A stretch of DNA of 40,560 nt from Pseudomonadota bacterium (GCA_031416315.1 JANOTL010000074.1:1-40560); one strand, 5' to 3'. Shown: positions 24,902 through 34,871, counted from the stretch's first letter. Numbers and translations are program-made. Notes: generated by a model from the sequence alone, not told the origin.

Positions 24902-27506
24902 TGCCGCGGTCGTCCTGGAACGGCAAGTGCTGGTTCTTGTCTTCGGAAGGCAGCATGCCTTCGGGTACCGGCGCGACGTCCGCGTCTTTGTCGACCGAAG
25001 TACCGCCGGCCGCGGCGCCTTCGACGTCCTCACCCGAGGCCGAGCCGCTGCACTTCGCCGTGCTCGTCGGCACGAAGCTACCGGCGCTGACGCGCTTCAG
25101 GTAGGCTGGCACCGGCTCTTCGCCCGCGCGCAGCTTCCCGTCGTTCACCTTTTTCAGGAGCTCTTTGCAGCCCGCGGAGTCACTCGCCGGCATCGCGTAT
25201 TTCTGCTGGAAAGCCCAAGTCGGCGCGACGACCGCGAACGCTTTGTCCTGATACTGGCCGGTAGCGTTGATGACGCGGTCGCCAGAAGTGCCTTCCCAGA
25301 CGCGCGCGTAGTACGTGAGGTGGCTGCGCGGCAGGTCGGTCATCTTGTTGTTGAAGCTCGCGCTCGCGAAGCCCTTCGTCTTGATCTCTTCGACCGCGGC
25401 GGCGATGCCCGCCATCGGGTCGTTGCCCGAGCGCTGGATCACGACGCGCGGCGTGCCGGAGGCAGGATTGAGGCGCTCGACCTCGGCGGCGGCGCTGGCG
25501 CCGTCGACGATGATCAGCTTGGGCTGTGTGGCGCGGAAGACGTAGTCGAAGAGCTGTTCGCGGTACGCTTTGGTCTTTTCGACCGTGTCGTTCCACAGTC
25601 CGTCTTGCGCGTACGGCGCCGTCTTGATGACGAGGTATTTGTCGCCCACGCCGGCGTTGGCAAGCACGGTGTGCAGGAACTGGCCGCGGCTGCCCGAGAG
25701 CGCGCGCGCGGTGTTGAGGTCGTCGAAGCCGTGCGGGTCGGCGATGATCACGACCTGGGGGTCCTTGAACGTGCCGCGATAGTGGCCGAAGTCGCCGTTG
25801 ACGTCACGGGGCTTCACGAACGTTTTGTCCTGCGGTAGCGCCGCTTTCATGATTTTCGCGGCCTCGACCGGCGGGCCTGGATCGAAGGTGTAGCGGCGGT
25901 TCTCGGTCATGCTGCTGGCGCGCGAGATCCACTGCTCGTCGTCCGGCGGCTGCTTCGAGGCCTTGCGGAACTTCATCTGCTTCAGCTCGTTCTGATCGAA
26001 GTTCGGCTTCTCGCGCGTGCCGAAGATGATCGTGTCCTTGCCGGAGCGCGACGCGGTCGAGACGTTCACCATGCGGGAGTTCGGCGCGCCGAAGTCGTAG
26101 TACAGCGTGCCCATGTCGCCGCGCGCGTACTTGTACCAGTTCGCTTGGTCGTTCGGATCTTTCGCGTGATCCTTGAAGGTGTTCTTGAAGCCCTTGTCCG
26201 CCTCGATCTCCCAGCCCGCTTGCGCGTACTTGATGAAAGGCGCGAGGCCTTCCTTTACGGCCGCGGCTGCCGAAGGGCCGTCCATCATCGACAGCGCCGT
26301 GGGGTGCGGCAGCTGCGTCACCAGCACGTCCTGGGCGAGGGTCACGTCGTCGGAGATCTTCAGGCCCTTGAGCGAGTTCGTCGCCTGGCCGTTGATCTGC
26401 ATGCGATTGTCGATGTCGAAGCCGCCGAGCTGCGCCTCGTGAATCATGCCGCTGCCGTTCAAGCCGACGACGGGCTCGTTCGTGTCGACCTTGCCGTCGC
26501 CGTTGACGTCGCCCGGGAGCGCGATCTTTTTCAGGTAGGTGTCCGGCGCGCCGTTGAAGGTCTGGCGCACCATGGTCTGCAGGGTCTTCACCGAGTTCGG
26601 GTCGGTGTAATTCGGCATCGCGCCGCCGTTCATCTCTTTGTAGAGATCCTTGCCGTCGCGCGTGAAGAGGAAGGACGTCTGCTTGTTCGAGCCGGCGCCG
26701 GTCAGGCCGTACTCGGGGATCTTGATCTTCGCGAGGTCACTCTGGGAGTAGCGCGTGCCGACGGCGCCACCTTTGCTGATGACGAATTGCGCCATGGCAT
26801 CGCGTGACGCGCCGCCGAAGAGCACGACGAGCTTCAGCGAGTCCTTGTTGTTGCGGATGATCCAGGAGATGAGTTGGTTGCGCCATTTGACCAAGGGGCT
26901 CGACTGGTCCTGCGAGATGAGCCACACGGGGTTACCAGTGAAAGAGCCGAAGTTGAGCTGCGGCGAGCCCGACTTGAACGACACGAACGGCGTGTCGAAG
27001 GCGCCGTACTGCCAGCGGATCGTGAAAGCGTAGGCGTTGATGAAGGCGGCGCTCGAGCCGACGCCGAAGTACTTCGCCAGGTCCTGGGCGCGGCCGCCGA
27101 AACCGGCCGTCGCCGGGCGGTTGGCCGCCTCGGCGATGTGCGTGCCGTCTTGGCCGATGAAGAGGATCTTCACGCTGTTCGGCTTCTGCGAGAAGCGCCA
27201 CGGAATCGGGCCGAACGCGGGGCGGAACATTTGGTCGCCGTAGACCGCATTCGAGAGGCCGGGGAACGACGGAATCGACGCGTGCAGCTCGGCGAGCTCC
27301 TTGCCCATGGGTGACTGCGGATCGGGTCCGCTGTCGTAGTCCCACAGGTAGGAGCCTTCTCTGAAGTACTTGTCGTCGCCGTCTGTTGACGCTGCTTGCG
27401 CCGCGGCGTCGCCGTCCGCTTTTAGACCCGTCGAGTCACTACGGGGCTTGCAGCCCGCAGCGATGACGAGCGCCGTCACCAAACCGACCTTTACGAGGTC
27501 ACGCAT
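24882..27506 (-). CDS. Lipoprotein with two uracil-DNA-glycosylase-like domains
   Basis: Lipobox AAGC. Domain 1: DYDSGP...KILFIGQDG...FINAY...LPHP. Domain 2: FDPGPP...GHYRG...VVIIADP...RALSGSRGQFL. An internal GDVNGDGKVD Ca-binding-like loop is present. Confidence 0.7.
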   Translation of the reverse strand: MRDLVKVGLVTALVIAAGCKPRSDSTGLKADGDAAAQAASTDGDDKYFREGSYLWDYDSGPDPQSPMGKELAELHASIPSFPGLSNAVYGDQMFRPAFGPIPWRFSQKPNSVKILFIGQDGTHIAEAANRPATAGFGGRAQDLAKYFGVGSSAAFINAYAFTIRWQYGAFDTPFVSFKSGSPQLNFGSFTGNPVWLISQDQSSPLVKWRNQLISWIIRNNKDSLKLVVLFGGASRDAMAQFVISKGGAVGTRYSQSDLAKIKIPEYGLTGAGSNKQTSFLFTRDGKDLYKEMNGGAMPNYTDPNSVKTLQTMVRQTFNGAPDTYLKKIALPGDVNGDGKVDTNEPVVGLNGSGMIHEAQLGGFDIDNRMQINGQATNSLKGLKISDDVTLAQDVLVTQLPHPTALSMMDGPSAAAAVKEGLAPFIKYAQAGWEIEADKGFKNTFKDHAKDPNDQANWYKYARGDMGTLYYDFGAPNSRMVNVSTASRSGKDTIIFGTREKPNFDQNELKQMKFRKASKQPPDDEQWISRASSMTENRRYTFDPGPPVEAAKIMKAALPQDKTFVKPRDVNGDFGHYRGTFKDPQVVIIADPHGFDDLNTARALSGSRGQFLHTVLANAGVGDKYLVIKTAPYAQDGLWNDTVEKTKAYREQLFDYVFRATQPKLIIVDGASAAAEVERLNPASGTPRVVIQRSGNDPMAGIAAAVEEIKTKGFASASFNNKMTDLPRSHLTYYARVWEGTSGDRVINATGQYQDKAFAVVAPTWAFQQKYAMPASDSAGCKELLKKVNDGKLRAGEEPVPAYLKRVSAGSFVPTSTAKCSGSASGEDVEGAAAGGTSVDKDADVAPVPEGMLPSEDKNQHLPFQDDRGITQAAE

Positions 27507-27652
27507 GTTCCGAGTCCTTTCCGAAAGCAATGAGAGCGACGCCGCGGGGCTTCGAGAAAACGATGGCTAATATGGGGAAGTGTCCCGGCGATTCTACGCC
27601 GAAAAGGCCGAAAAGCTCCAATAAAGATCGGCCCCTTAAAGAGGCGTGCGAC

Positions 27653-29245
27653 TTACCGGATTTCCACCAGGAGGGCGTCGTGTGGCGCGAGCCGCAGCTT
27701 GCCCGCGACCGCCTCGCCGACGCGAGCGGCCCTGCCGTCGATCACGACCGTTCCGGACGCGAGCTCGGCGGGTAGGACGAGGCTCTCGTCCTTGCTGCCG
27801 AAGTTGAGCGCGACGACGAAACGGCTTCCCTCGGCTTCCCGCGCGTAAGCATAGACGCTCTCGGTCGCGACCAGCGTGCGATAGGACCCGGACGAGAGCG
27901 CGGACTCCTTGCGGCGCAAGGCGAGGAGCGCTTTGTAAAGATTCAGGGTCGAGGCCGGGTCGCGCGCCTCGCTGGCGACGTTGCGCTCCCGCCAGTCCGC
28001 CCCGAGCGGCAGCCAGGGGGGCGCGCTGCTGAACCCCGCCTGAGGCTCCGCACTCCAAGGCATCGGGGTGCGCGCCGGGTCGCGGCCGAGCCCTGGGATG
28101 TTCTTACCCCAAGGGTCATGGACGTCTGCCGGCGCGATCGCCACGTCCTCCATCCCGAGCTCGTCGCCGTAATACAACGTTGGCGCGCCGCGCAAAGTAA
28201 GCAGCAGCATCGCGGCGACGCTCGTCTGCGCGGGCCCCATGCGCGTGGCCACGCGCGGCTTGTCGTGGTTCCCCAGGACCCAGTTCGGCCAGGCGTTCGA
28301 AGGCAGGATGCGCTCGTAGTTCTCCACGAGCGCGGCCATCCCGTCCCCGCGCCAAGGCGACGGGTATTGAAGGAGTTGAAAATTAAACGGCAAATGCAGG
28401 CCGTCGCCGTTGGTGCCGTAATAAGTCATGAGGCGGTCTAGCGGGAGGTACATCTCACCGATGAGGACGCGGTCCTCGTACTCGTCGGCAACGCGACGAA
28501 GGCCAGTGAAGACTTCACGCATTTCCGGTCGGTCGGTCGTATAGACCTCGCGCACGCTCTGCTGCTCGGGCATGCCCTCGCGCCAGTAAGGATTCGGCGG
28601 GTTGTCGCGGAGCTCGTCGTCCTTCATCACATGATGCAAGGCGTCCACTCGAAAGCCGTCGACGCCGCGACCCAGCCAGAAGCGCAGCACGTCATGCATA
28701 GCCGCGACGACTTCGGGATTTCGCCAGTTGAGGTCTGGCTGCGCTGCAAGGAAGGAATGCATGTAGTACTGGCCCGTCGCTGGGTCCAAGGTCCAGGCCT
28801 TGCCGCCGAACTGGCTCTTCCAATTGCTCGGGGGGCCGCCGTCGGCCGCGGGATCCTTCCAAATGTACCAGGCGCGTTTTGGGTCCGTGCGCGCGCTGCG
28901 GGACGCCGCGAACCACGGATGCTGATCGGACGTGTGGTTCGGAACGAAGTCGAGAATTAGCTTGAGGCCGAGGCGATGCGCCTGCACGACCAGATCGTCG
29001 AAGTCCGCGAGCGTCCCGAAGATCGGATCGACGCCGCAGTAGTCGGAGATGTCGTAGCCAAAGTCCTTCATCGGCGAAGGAAACATCGGCGAGAGCCACA
29101 GGGCGTCGACGCCAAGTTCCTGGAGATAGGCGAGCTTCTCCCGGACTCCGGCCAGATCGCCGATGCCGTCGCCGTTGGCGTCCCGAAAGGACCGCGGATA
29201 GATCTGGTAAACGGTCCCGACCTGCCACCAGGCGAATGAGCTCAA
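27653..29245 (-). CDS. GH13 alpha-glucosidase (alpha-amylase family)
   Basis: Motifs YQIYPRSF, DFVPNHTSDQH, QPDLNW, GFRVDA, IGE, LGNHD, YYGDELGM and RTPMPW. Confidence 0.95.
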   Translation of the reverse strand: MSSFAWWQVGTVYQIYPRSFRDANGDGIGDLAGVREKLAYLQELGVDALWLSPMFPSPMKDFGYDISDYCGVDPIFGTLADFDDLVVQAHRLGLKLILDFVPNHTSDQHPWFAASRSARTDPKRAWYIWKDPAADGGPPSNWKSQFGGKAWTLDPATGQYYMHSFLAAQPDLNWRNPEVVAAMHDVLRFWLGRGVDGFRVDALHHVMKDDELRDNPPNPYWREGMPEQQSVREVYTTDRPEMREVFTGLRRVADEYEDRVLIGEMYLPLDRLMTYYGTNGDGLHLPFNFQLLQYPSPWRGDGMAALVENYERILPSNAWPNWVLGNHDKPRVATRMGPAQTSVAAMLLLTLRGAPTLYYGDELGMEDVAIAPADVHDPWGKNIPGLGRDPARTPMPWSAEPQAGFSSAPPWLPLGADWRERNVASEARDPASTLNLYKALLALRRKESALSSGSYRTLVATESVYAYAREAEGSRFVVALNFGSKDESLVLPAELASGTVVIDGRAARVGEAVAGKLRLAPHDALLVEIR

Positions 29246-29300
29246 GGCGGCTTCTCAGCGGCGATGCTGCAGGGGCGGGCGATGATGTGAGCGTCGTCCT

Positions 29301-29987
29301 TCAGTGCGTCAGATTCGCGAGCAACGGCTGACCGCGTAGATCCTGCGTGTAGCAAGTAAGCCCGCGCCAGTTGCTTCGCGAGATGATCCCGACCAGGACC
29401 GGCTGACCGTTCTCTTCGACGTAGACGCCGCTGCCGGAGTGGCCGCGGATCGTCGTGCCGTCCTGCGTCACGCGCACGGCGATGATGCCCGGCATCGACT
29501 CCTGCACGTCTTGCTCACCGCTGAGCTTCGTTAGGATCACGTGACCGGGGGCGCCGGCTTCCGTGTACATCGGCAGCTCGATCTTGCCGTAGATGGAGGT
29601 CGATCCGGCGGCCAGAGTCGCAGGCTTGAGGGTCGACGGGAGCGAGCCCTTGGCGACCTTCAGGATCGCGACGTCGGAGCCCTTGCCCGTGAACACCTTC
29701 TCCACCGTCGCGCGCCGGCCATCCGCCGTGCCGACGAGATATTTGCCGTCGACGTCCGGAACGCAGTGCGTCGCCGTCGCGACGAAATCGCCGGTGAGCA
29801 GGACGCCGTTGCAGAACCCGCCCCCACTGGCGGTGGTGACGAAGACGCTGGAGGCTGCGATGGCGTCGTCGGCTTTGATGCTCTTCGCCGCCTCAACGAC
29901 GTGCTCGGGCGGGGTGACGTCCTTCGCGGAGACGCAGGCGGTGGTGAAGGCGGTGGCGACGAGGCTGATGAAAAAGGGGGAGCGCAT
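29301..29987 (-). CDS. Trypsin-like (S1) serine protease lipoprotein
   Basis: Lipobox TTAC; CNGVL, TATHC, DVAIL and GHSGSG motifs. Confidence 0.85.
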   Translation of the reverse strand: MRSPFFISLVATAFTTACVSAKDVTPPEHVVEAAKSIKADDAIAASSVFVTTASGGGFCNGVLLTGDFVATATHCVPDVDGKYLVGTADGRRATVEKVFTGKGSDVAILKVAKGSLPSTLKPATLAAGSTSIYGKIELPMYTEAGAPGHVILTKLSGEQDVQESMPGIIAVRVTQDGTTIRGHSGSGVYVEENGQPVLVGIISRSNWRGLTCYTQDLRGQPLLANLTH

Positions 29988-30130
29988 TGGATTCGGTTCC
30001 TCTAGGTATGGGCGGTCGCGCGCTCCAATACAAGAACGAGGCCACCGGAAAATCCAGGAAAATCGTCGCCGGACCCGTGATGTCCGGCAGACGCTTGTGA
30101 CTTCCGGGACTCAGCTGGCCCTAGGGCTCC

Positions 30131-31132
30131 TCAGAGCGCCTGGTCCTTCAGATCCGGGAACACTTTCCCGACCTTGCGCAGGAGGTAGTCGCCGTAAGTC
30201 CCCTGAAAGGTGTGGACGTCGGCCTTATCCCAGCGCTCTTCGGCGTCCGGCCGCGGCAAGGCCCCGACGGGGAGCGGCACCTTCCGCACCTCGGCGTGAA
30301 AATTCGGGTCGAAGAAGAACGGCCAGGAGACGCGGTCGCGACCCGACGCGTTGCGGACGCGATGCGGCGTCGAGCGGTAGAGCCCGCTCGTCATCCGGTC
30401 GAGCATGTCGCCGATGTTGCACACGAACGCACTAGGCACGGGCGGCGCGGCGACCCAGCCGCGTGCGGATCTCACCTCGAGCCCGCCGCAGTCGTCCTGC
30501 TTCAGGATCGTGAGAACGCCGTAATCCGTGTGCTCGCCGACGCCCCAGGTCGAGGCGAGCTCAACCGCCTCCGCGGGCGCCGGGTAGTTGAAGATGCGAA
30601 AGAGGATCAGCGGATCGCTCGTGTAGCGATCCTGGAAATAACGCTCGTCCAGCTCGAGGCTGAGCGCGATCCCGCTCATGAGCGCATGCCCGAGCTCGGT
30701 CATCACGCGCATGTATTCGAGCACGACGGGTCGAAGCTCCGCCGGCGTCTCGGGGAACTGATTGGCGCCGTGGAGCGGCAAGCCCGCCTTCACGTCCGGA
30801 TGCTCGGGCCCGAGCTCGGTGCCGAAGTAGAGCCCTTCCTTCAGATCGGGCTTCCCCGAGGTGAGCTCGTCCCCGACCGGGAAAAATCCGCGCCAAGCCC
30901 GCCCGGCCCGCGGCATCGCGATCCGCATCTTCGTTGCGAGGTCCTGCCCGAAGAACGCACGACTCAGGCTCTCCAGGCGGTTTTGCAGGCCCGTGTCGAT
31001 GCCGTGCCCGACGACGTAGAAAAAGCCAGCATCCCGGCAAGCCTCGCCGAGGGCGCGGGCCACGGCTTTGCGGTCGCCCTTCCCGGAGACGAGCGGCAGG
31101 ACGTCGATGATGGGGACTTCGTAGGCAGCCAT
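30131..31132 (-). CDS. 2-oxoglutarate/Fe(II) dioxygenase, isopenicillin N synthase family
   Basis: VPIIDV, GFFYVVGHG, HTDYG, NIGDML, STPHRV and RVSWPFF motifs. Confidence 0.93.
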   Translation of the reverse strand: MAAYEVPIIDVLPLVSGKGDRKAVARALGEACRDAGFFYVVGHGIDTGLQNRLESLSRAFFGQDLATKMRIAMPRAGRAWRGFFPVGDELTSGKPDLKEGLYFGTELGPEHPDVKAGLPLHGANQFPETPAELRPVVLEYMRVMTELGHALMSGIALSLELDERYFQDRYTSDPLILFRIFNYPAPAEAVELASTWGVGEHTDYGVLTILKQDDCGGLEVRSARGWVAAPPVPSAFVCNIGDMLDRMTSGLYRSTPHRVRNASGRDRVSWPFFFDPNFHAEVRKVPLPVGALPRPDAEERWDKADVHTFQGTYGDYLLRKVGKVFPDLKDQAL

Positions 31133-31183
31133 GGTATAGGCATTATGACACTCCCCAGTCACCTTGTCTTGAGTAGGGACGCC

Positions 31184-32908
31184 GTGAAAAAGCTGATCAA
31201 CGAGCCCATCGACGTCGTGCGGGAAATGATGGAGGGCCTGGCCCTGGCGCATCCCGGATTGGTCCTGCTCGAAGGCGAGACGGTCGCGATCCGCGTCGAC
31301 TCGGACGTCCTCCGCGCCGCCAAGAAGGTCGCGCTGATCTCCGGCGGCGGCGCCGGCCACGAGCCCGCGCATGCCGGCTACGTCGGCCCCGGCATGCTGA
31401 CGGGCGCCGTCTCCGGCGACGTCTTCACCTCGCCGAGCACCGACTCCGTGCTCGCCGCGATCCGCGCCGTCGGCGGGCCGGCCGGCGTTCTGTTGATCAT
31501 CAAGAACTACACCGGCGACCGGCTGCATTTCGGCCTCGCCGCCGAGCTCGCGCGCGCCGAGGGCATCCCCTGCGAGATGGTGGTCGTCGCCGACGACGTG
31601 GCGCTCGCGGCCAGCGGCGACATGGCGGGACGCCGCGGCATCGCCGGCACGGTCCTGGTGCACAAGATCGCCGGCGCCGCCGCCGACGCCGGCCTTTCCC
31701 TCGAGGGCGTGAAGCGCGAGGCCGAGCGCGCCGTCGCGGCGATCGGCACGATGGGGGTCGCGCTCACGCCGTGCACCGTCCCCGCGGCCGGTCGTCCGGG
31801 CTTCGACCTCGGCGACGACGAGCTGGAGCTCGGCCTCGGCATCCACGGCGAGGCCGGCGTGCGCCGCGGCCCGATGCAACCCGTCGACAAGCTCGTGGAC
31901 GGCATGCTCGAGCAGATCATGATCGACCGCGGCATCGTCGCGGGCCAACGCGTCGCCCTCCTCGTCAACAACCTCGGCGGCACGCCGGCGATGGAGATGG
32001 CCCTCGTCTTCCGCCGCGCCGTCCGCCGCCTCACGGAGAAAGGCATCGTCGTCGAGCGCGCTTGGAGCGGCGCCTTCCTCACCGCGATCGAGATGGCCGG
32101 CTGCTCCCTCACGCTGATGAAAGTGGACGACGCGAGCCTGGCCCGTCTCGACGCGAAGACCGAGGCTCCCGCCTGGCCCGCGCCTTGGCTGGGCAAAATC
32201 GCGACCAAGCCGAAAAAGCTCTTCTCGGAAGCGCGCAAAGAGGAATCGGTCAAGGTCAGGATCCCCGCGCCCGACGACGAGCGCGCCGCGATGCTCAGAC
32301 GCGCGCTGATGGCGACGGCCTCGATGTGGCTAGAGAACGAGCGCAAGCTGACCGAGCTCGACCGCATCGTCGGCGACGGCGACCTCGGCCTGAGCCTCGC
32401 TCGCGGCGCCCGCGCGATCGAGACGGAGCTCGCGACCTATGACCTGACGCAGCCGGCCGCGACCCTGCGCGCCCTGTCCGGCACGCTGCGCAAATCCCTC
32501 GCTGGCACCTCGGGCGCGCTTTACGCCGTGATGCTCCTCCGTGCCGCCGCCGCGCTCGAGCGTGCGAAAGACACCAGCGCGAAAAGCTGGGCAGCCGCGC
32601 TTACGGAGGCGCATCGCAGCGTCGCCGAGATCGGCGGCGCCAAGCTCGGCGATCGCACTATGCTCGACGCTTTCGTGCCCGCCGTCGAGGCCTTCGACGC
32701 GGCGCTGAAGACCGGCCGCAAGTATCCCGACGCGCTGCGCATCGCCGTCGACGCCGCCCAAGCCGGAGCGGCGAAGACCGCGGAGATGAAGCCGCGCCGG
32801 GGCCGCTCGACCTACCTCGGCGATCGCGTCGTGGGCCATGTCGATCCGGGCGCCGAGGCCGTGGCCTTGTGGTTCGACGCGGTGCAGAAGACGATCGAGG
32901 TGCGGTAA
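31184..32908 (+). CDS. dhaK: Dihydroxyacetone kinase, fused Dak1-Dak2 (ATP-dependent type)
   Basis: GTG start MKKLIN; SGGGAGHEPAH, KNYTGD, GIHGE, GDGDLG, GDRTMLD and DPGA motifs. Confidence 0.93.
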   Translation: MKKLINEPIDVVREMMEGLALAHPGLVLLEGETVAIRVDSDVLRAAKKVALISGGGAGHEPAHAGYVGPGMLTGAVSGDVFTSPSTDSVLAAIRAVGGPAGVLLIIKNYTGDRLHFGLAAELARAEGIPCEMVVVADDVALAASGDMAGRRGIAGTVLVHKIAGAAADAGLSLEGVKREAERAVAAIGTMGVALTPCTVPAAGRPGFDLGDDELELGLGIHGEAGVRRGPMQPVDKLVDGMLEQIMIDRGIVAGQRVALLVNNLGGTPAMEMALVFRRAVRRLTEKGIVVERAWSGAFLTAIEMAGCSLTLMKVDDASLARLDAKTEAPAWPAPWLGKIATKPKKLFSEARKEESVKVRIPAPDDERAAMLRRALMATASMWLENERKLTELDRIVGDGDLGLSLARGARAIETELATYDLTQPAATLRALSGTLRKSLAGTSGALYAVMLLRAAAALERAKDTSAKSWAAALTEAHRSVAEIGGAKLGDRTMLDAFVPAVEAFDAALKTGRKYPDALRIAVDAAQAGAAKTAEMKPRRGRSTYLGDRVVGHVDPGAEAVALWFDAVQKTIEVR

Positions 32909-32947
32909 CCACGCCTCAACCCGTCGACAGCGTGGTACGGTGTCCGC

Positions 32948-33747
32948 GTGCGATTCCTCTCCCTACAATCCGGCAGCAACGGCAACTCACTCTACGTCGA
33001 GGCCAACGGCCTGCGCCTCCTGTTCGACGCCGGCCTCTCGGGCTCCCAGCTCGACGCGCGCCTGGCCGAGCGTGGCCGTGTCTCGATGGGCATCGACGCG
33101 CTCTTCATCTCTCACGAGCACGCCGACCACGTGCGCTGCGCCGGCGTCCTCGCGCGCAAGCTGATGCTTCCCGTTTTCATCACCGAGCGCACCTTGGCGA
33201 CCGCCCACCGCCGCGCGAAGCTCGGCGTCATCGCGGACGTCTGCCATTTTCGCGCCGGCGACGCGGTGAGCTTGGGCAACGGCGTCACCGTCCAGACCCT
33301 CGCGACGCCGCACGACGCGGTCGACGGCTCGATCTTCGTCGTCGACGACGGCGTGCACCGCCTCGGCATCTGCACTGACGTCGGTCACGTGTACGGGGAC
33401 CTGCGCTCGGTCGTCGGCGACGTCGACGCGCTCTACCTCGAAAGCAACTACGATGAGGACATGTTGGCGCGGGGGCGCTACCACCCCTCGCTGAAACGGC
33501 GCATCCGCGGACCGGGCGGTCACCTGTCGAATCGTGAAGCCGCCGAGTTGGTTGCGGAAAACGCCTCGTCACGGCTGCAGTGGCTTTGCGTCGGCCACCT
33601 TTCCGAGGAGAACAACACGCCGGAGCTGACCCTGGCGGCGCACCGCGCGGCCCTGGGAACGCAGATGCCGATTTACTTGGCCGGCCGTTACGAGGTAACC
33701 GACTTTTTCGAACTGGCACCGCGTCACCCGGGGGACATGGCACATGA
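32948..33747 (+). CDS. MBL-fold metallo-hydrolase (YycJ/WalJ-like); as sequenced, it reads through to 33976
   Basis: SGSNGN, SHEHADH, PHDA, ESNYD, GHLSN and HLSEENN motifs. The natural end is probably about 33747 (see findings). Confidence 0.85.
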
Positions 33748-34871
33748 CCGAGATCTTGCTTTTGGTCGGCACGCGCAAGGGCGCGTTCATCCTGCGGTCG
33801 GACTCTTCGCGCAAGAGCTGGGAGACCGAGGGGCCGCACTTCCTCGGCCAGATCATCCATCACATGGTGCTCGACCCGCGCGACGGCAAAACGCTGCTCG
33901 CCACGGTGTCGACCGGTCACCTCGGGCCGACGCTCTTCCGCTCGAGAAATTTTGGCAAGACTTGGAAAGAGGCTAAGCAGCCGCCCGCCTTCCCGAAGGC
34001 GCAGGACGGCGAGAAGGGGCGCTCGGTCGGCCACGTATTTTGGCTGACGCCCGGCCACGCCTCGCAGAAAAAGGTGTGGTTCGCCGGCACCTCGCCGCAG
34101 GGTCTCTTCCGCTCGGACGACGGCGGCGACACCTGGACCGGCGTCTCGGGTTTCAACGACCATCCCGAGCGCGAGAAGTGGACGATGGGCGATCAGGACC
34201 AGACGCCCGACGGCGGCAAGATGCACTCGATCATCGTGCACCCGGTCGATCCGAAGCACATGTACATCAGCATGTCGAACGGCGGCAGCTTCGAGACCTT
34301 GGACGGCGGCGAGACCTGGGCCCCTTTCAACAAGGGCCACATCGCGGACTTTCACCCGGATCCGAATCCGCCTTACGGCCAGGACCCTCACTGCGTGCGC
34401 CTGCATCCCGCGATGCCGGATCGGCTCTACATGCAGAGTCACTGCGGCATTTACCGGATCGATCGCCCGTCCGACGACTGGATCCGCATCGGCAAGAACA
34501 TGCCGAAGAAGATCGGCGACATCGGCTTCAACATGACGCTGCACCCGCGCGATCCAGATACCGCCTGGGTCTTCCCGATGGACGGCAGCTCGGTGTGGCC
34601 GCGCGTCAGTATCGGCGGCAAGCCGGCCGTCTATCGCACGCAGGACGCCGGCAAGAGCTGGGAGCGCCAGGACAAAGGCCTGCCGAAAGAGCAGGCGTGG
34701 CTCACGGTGAAACGCCAGGCGATGACGGCCGACGCGCACGCGAAGAAGATCGGCCTCTACTTCGGCACCACTTCGGGCGAGATCTGGGGCAGCAAGGACG
34801 AAGGCGAGACCTGGCGCCAGCTCGTCGCGCATTTGCCCGAGATCTACAGCGTCGAGGCCGCCACCCTGTGA
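33744..34871 (+). CDS. BNR/Asp-box beta-propeller protein (sialidase-like)
   Basis: LLVGTRKG plus repeated SxDxGxTW Asp-boxes. Confidence 0.9.
   Translation: MTEILLLVGTRKGAFILRSDSSRKSWETEGPHFLGQIIHHMVLDPRDGKTLLATVSTGHLGPTLFRSRNFGKTWKEAKQPPAFPKAQDGEKGRSVGHVFWLTPGHASQKKVWFAGTSPQGLFRSDDGGDTWTGVSGFNDHPEREKWTMGDQDQTPDGGKMHSIIVHPVDPKHMYISMSNGGSFETLDGGETWAPFNKGHIADFHPDPNPPYGQDPHCVRLHPAMPDRLYMQSHCGIYRIDRPSDDWIRIGKNMPKKIGDIGFNMTLHPRDPDTAWVFPMDGSSVWPRVSIGGKPAVYRTQDAGKSWERQDKGLPKEQAWLTVKRQAMTADAHAKKIGLYFGTTSGEIWGSKDEGETWRQLVAHLPEIYSVEAATL

Noticed and set aside
30212..31183. 898-aa ORF suggesting a large N-terminal extension on DhaK, and the 605-aa extension on the 2OG oxygenase
   Set aside because: The extensions are antisense shadows of the divergent neighbour. 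The family N-termini begin at 31184 and 31132.
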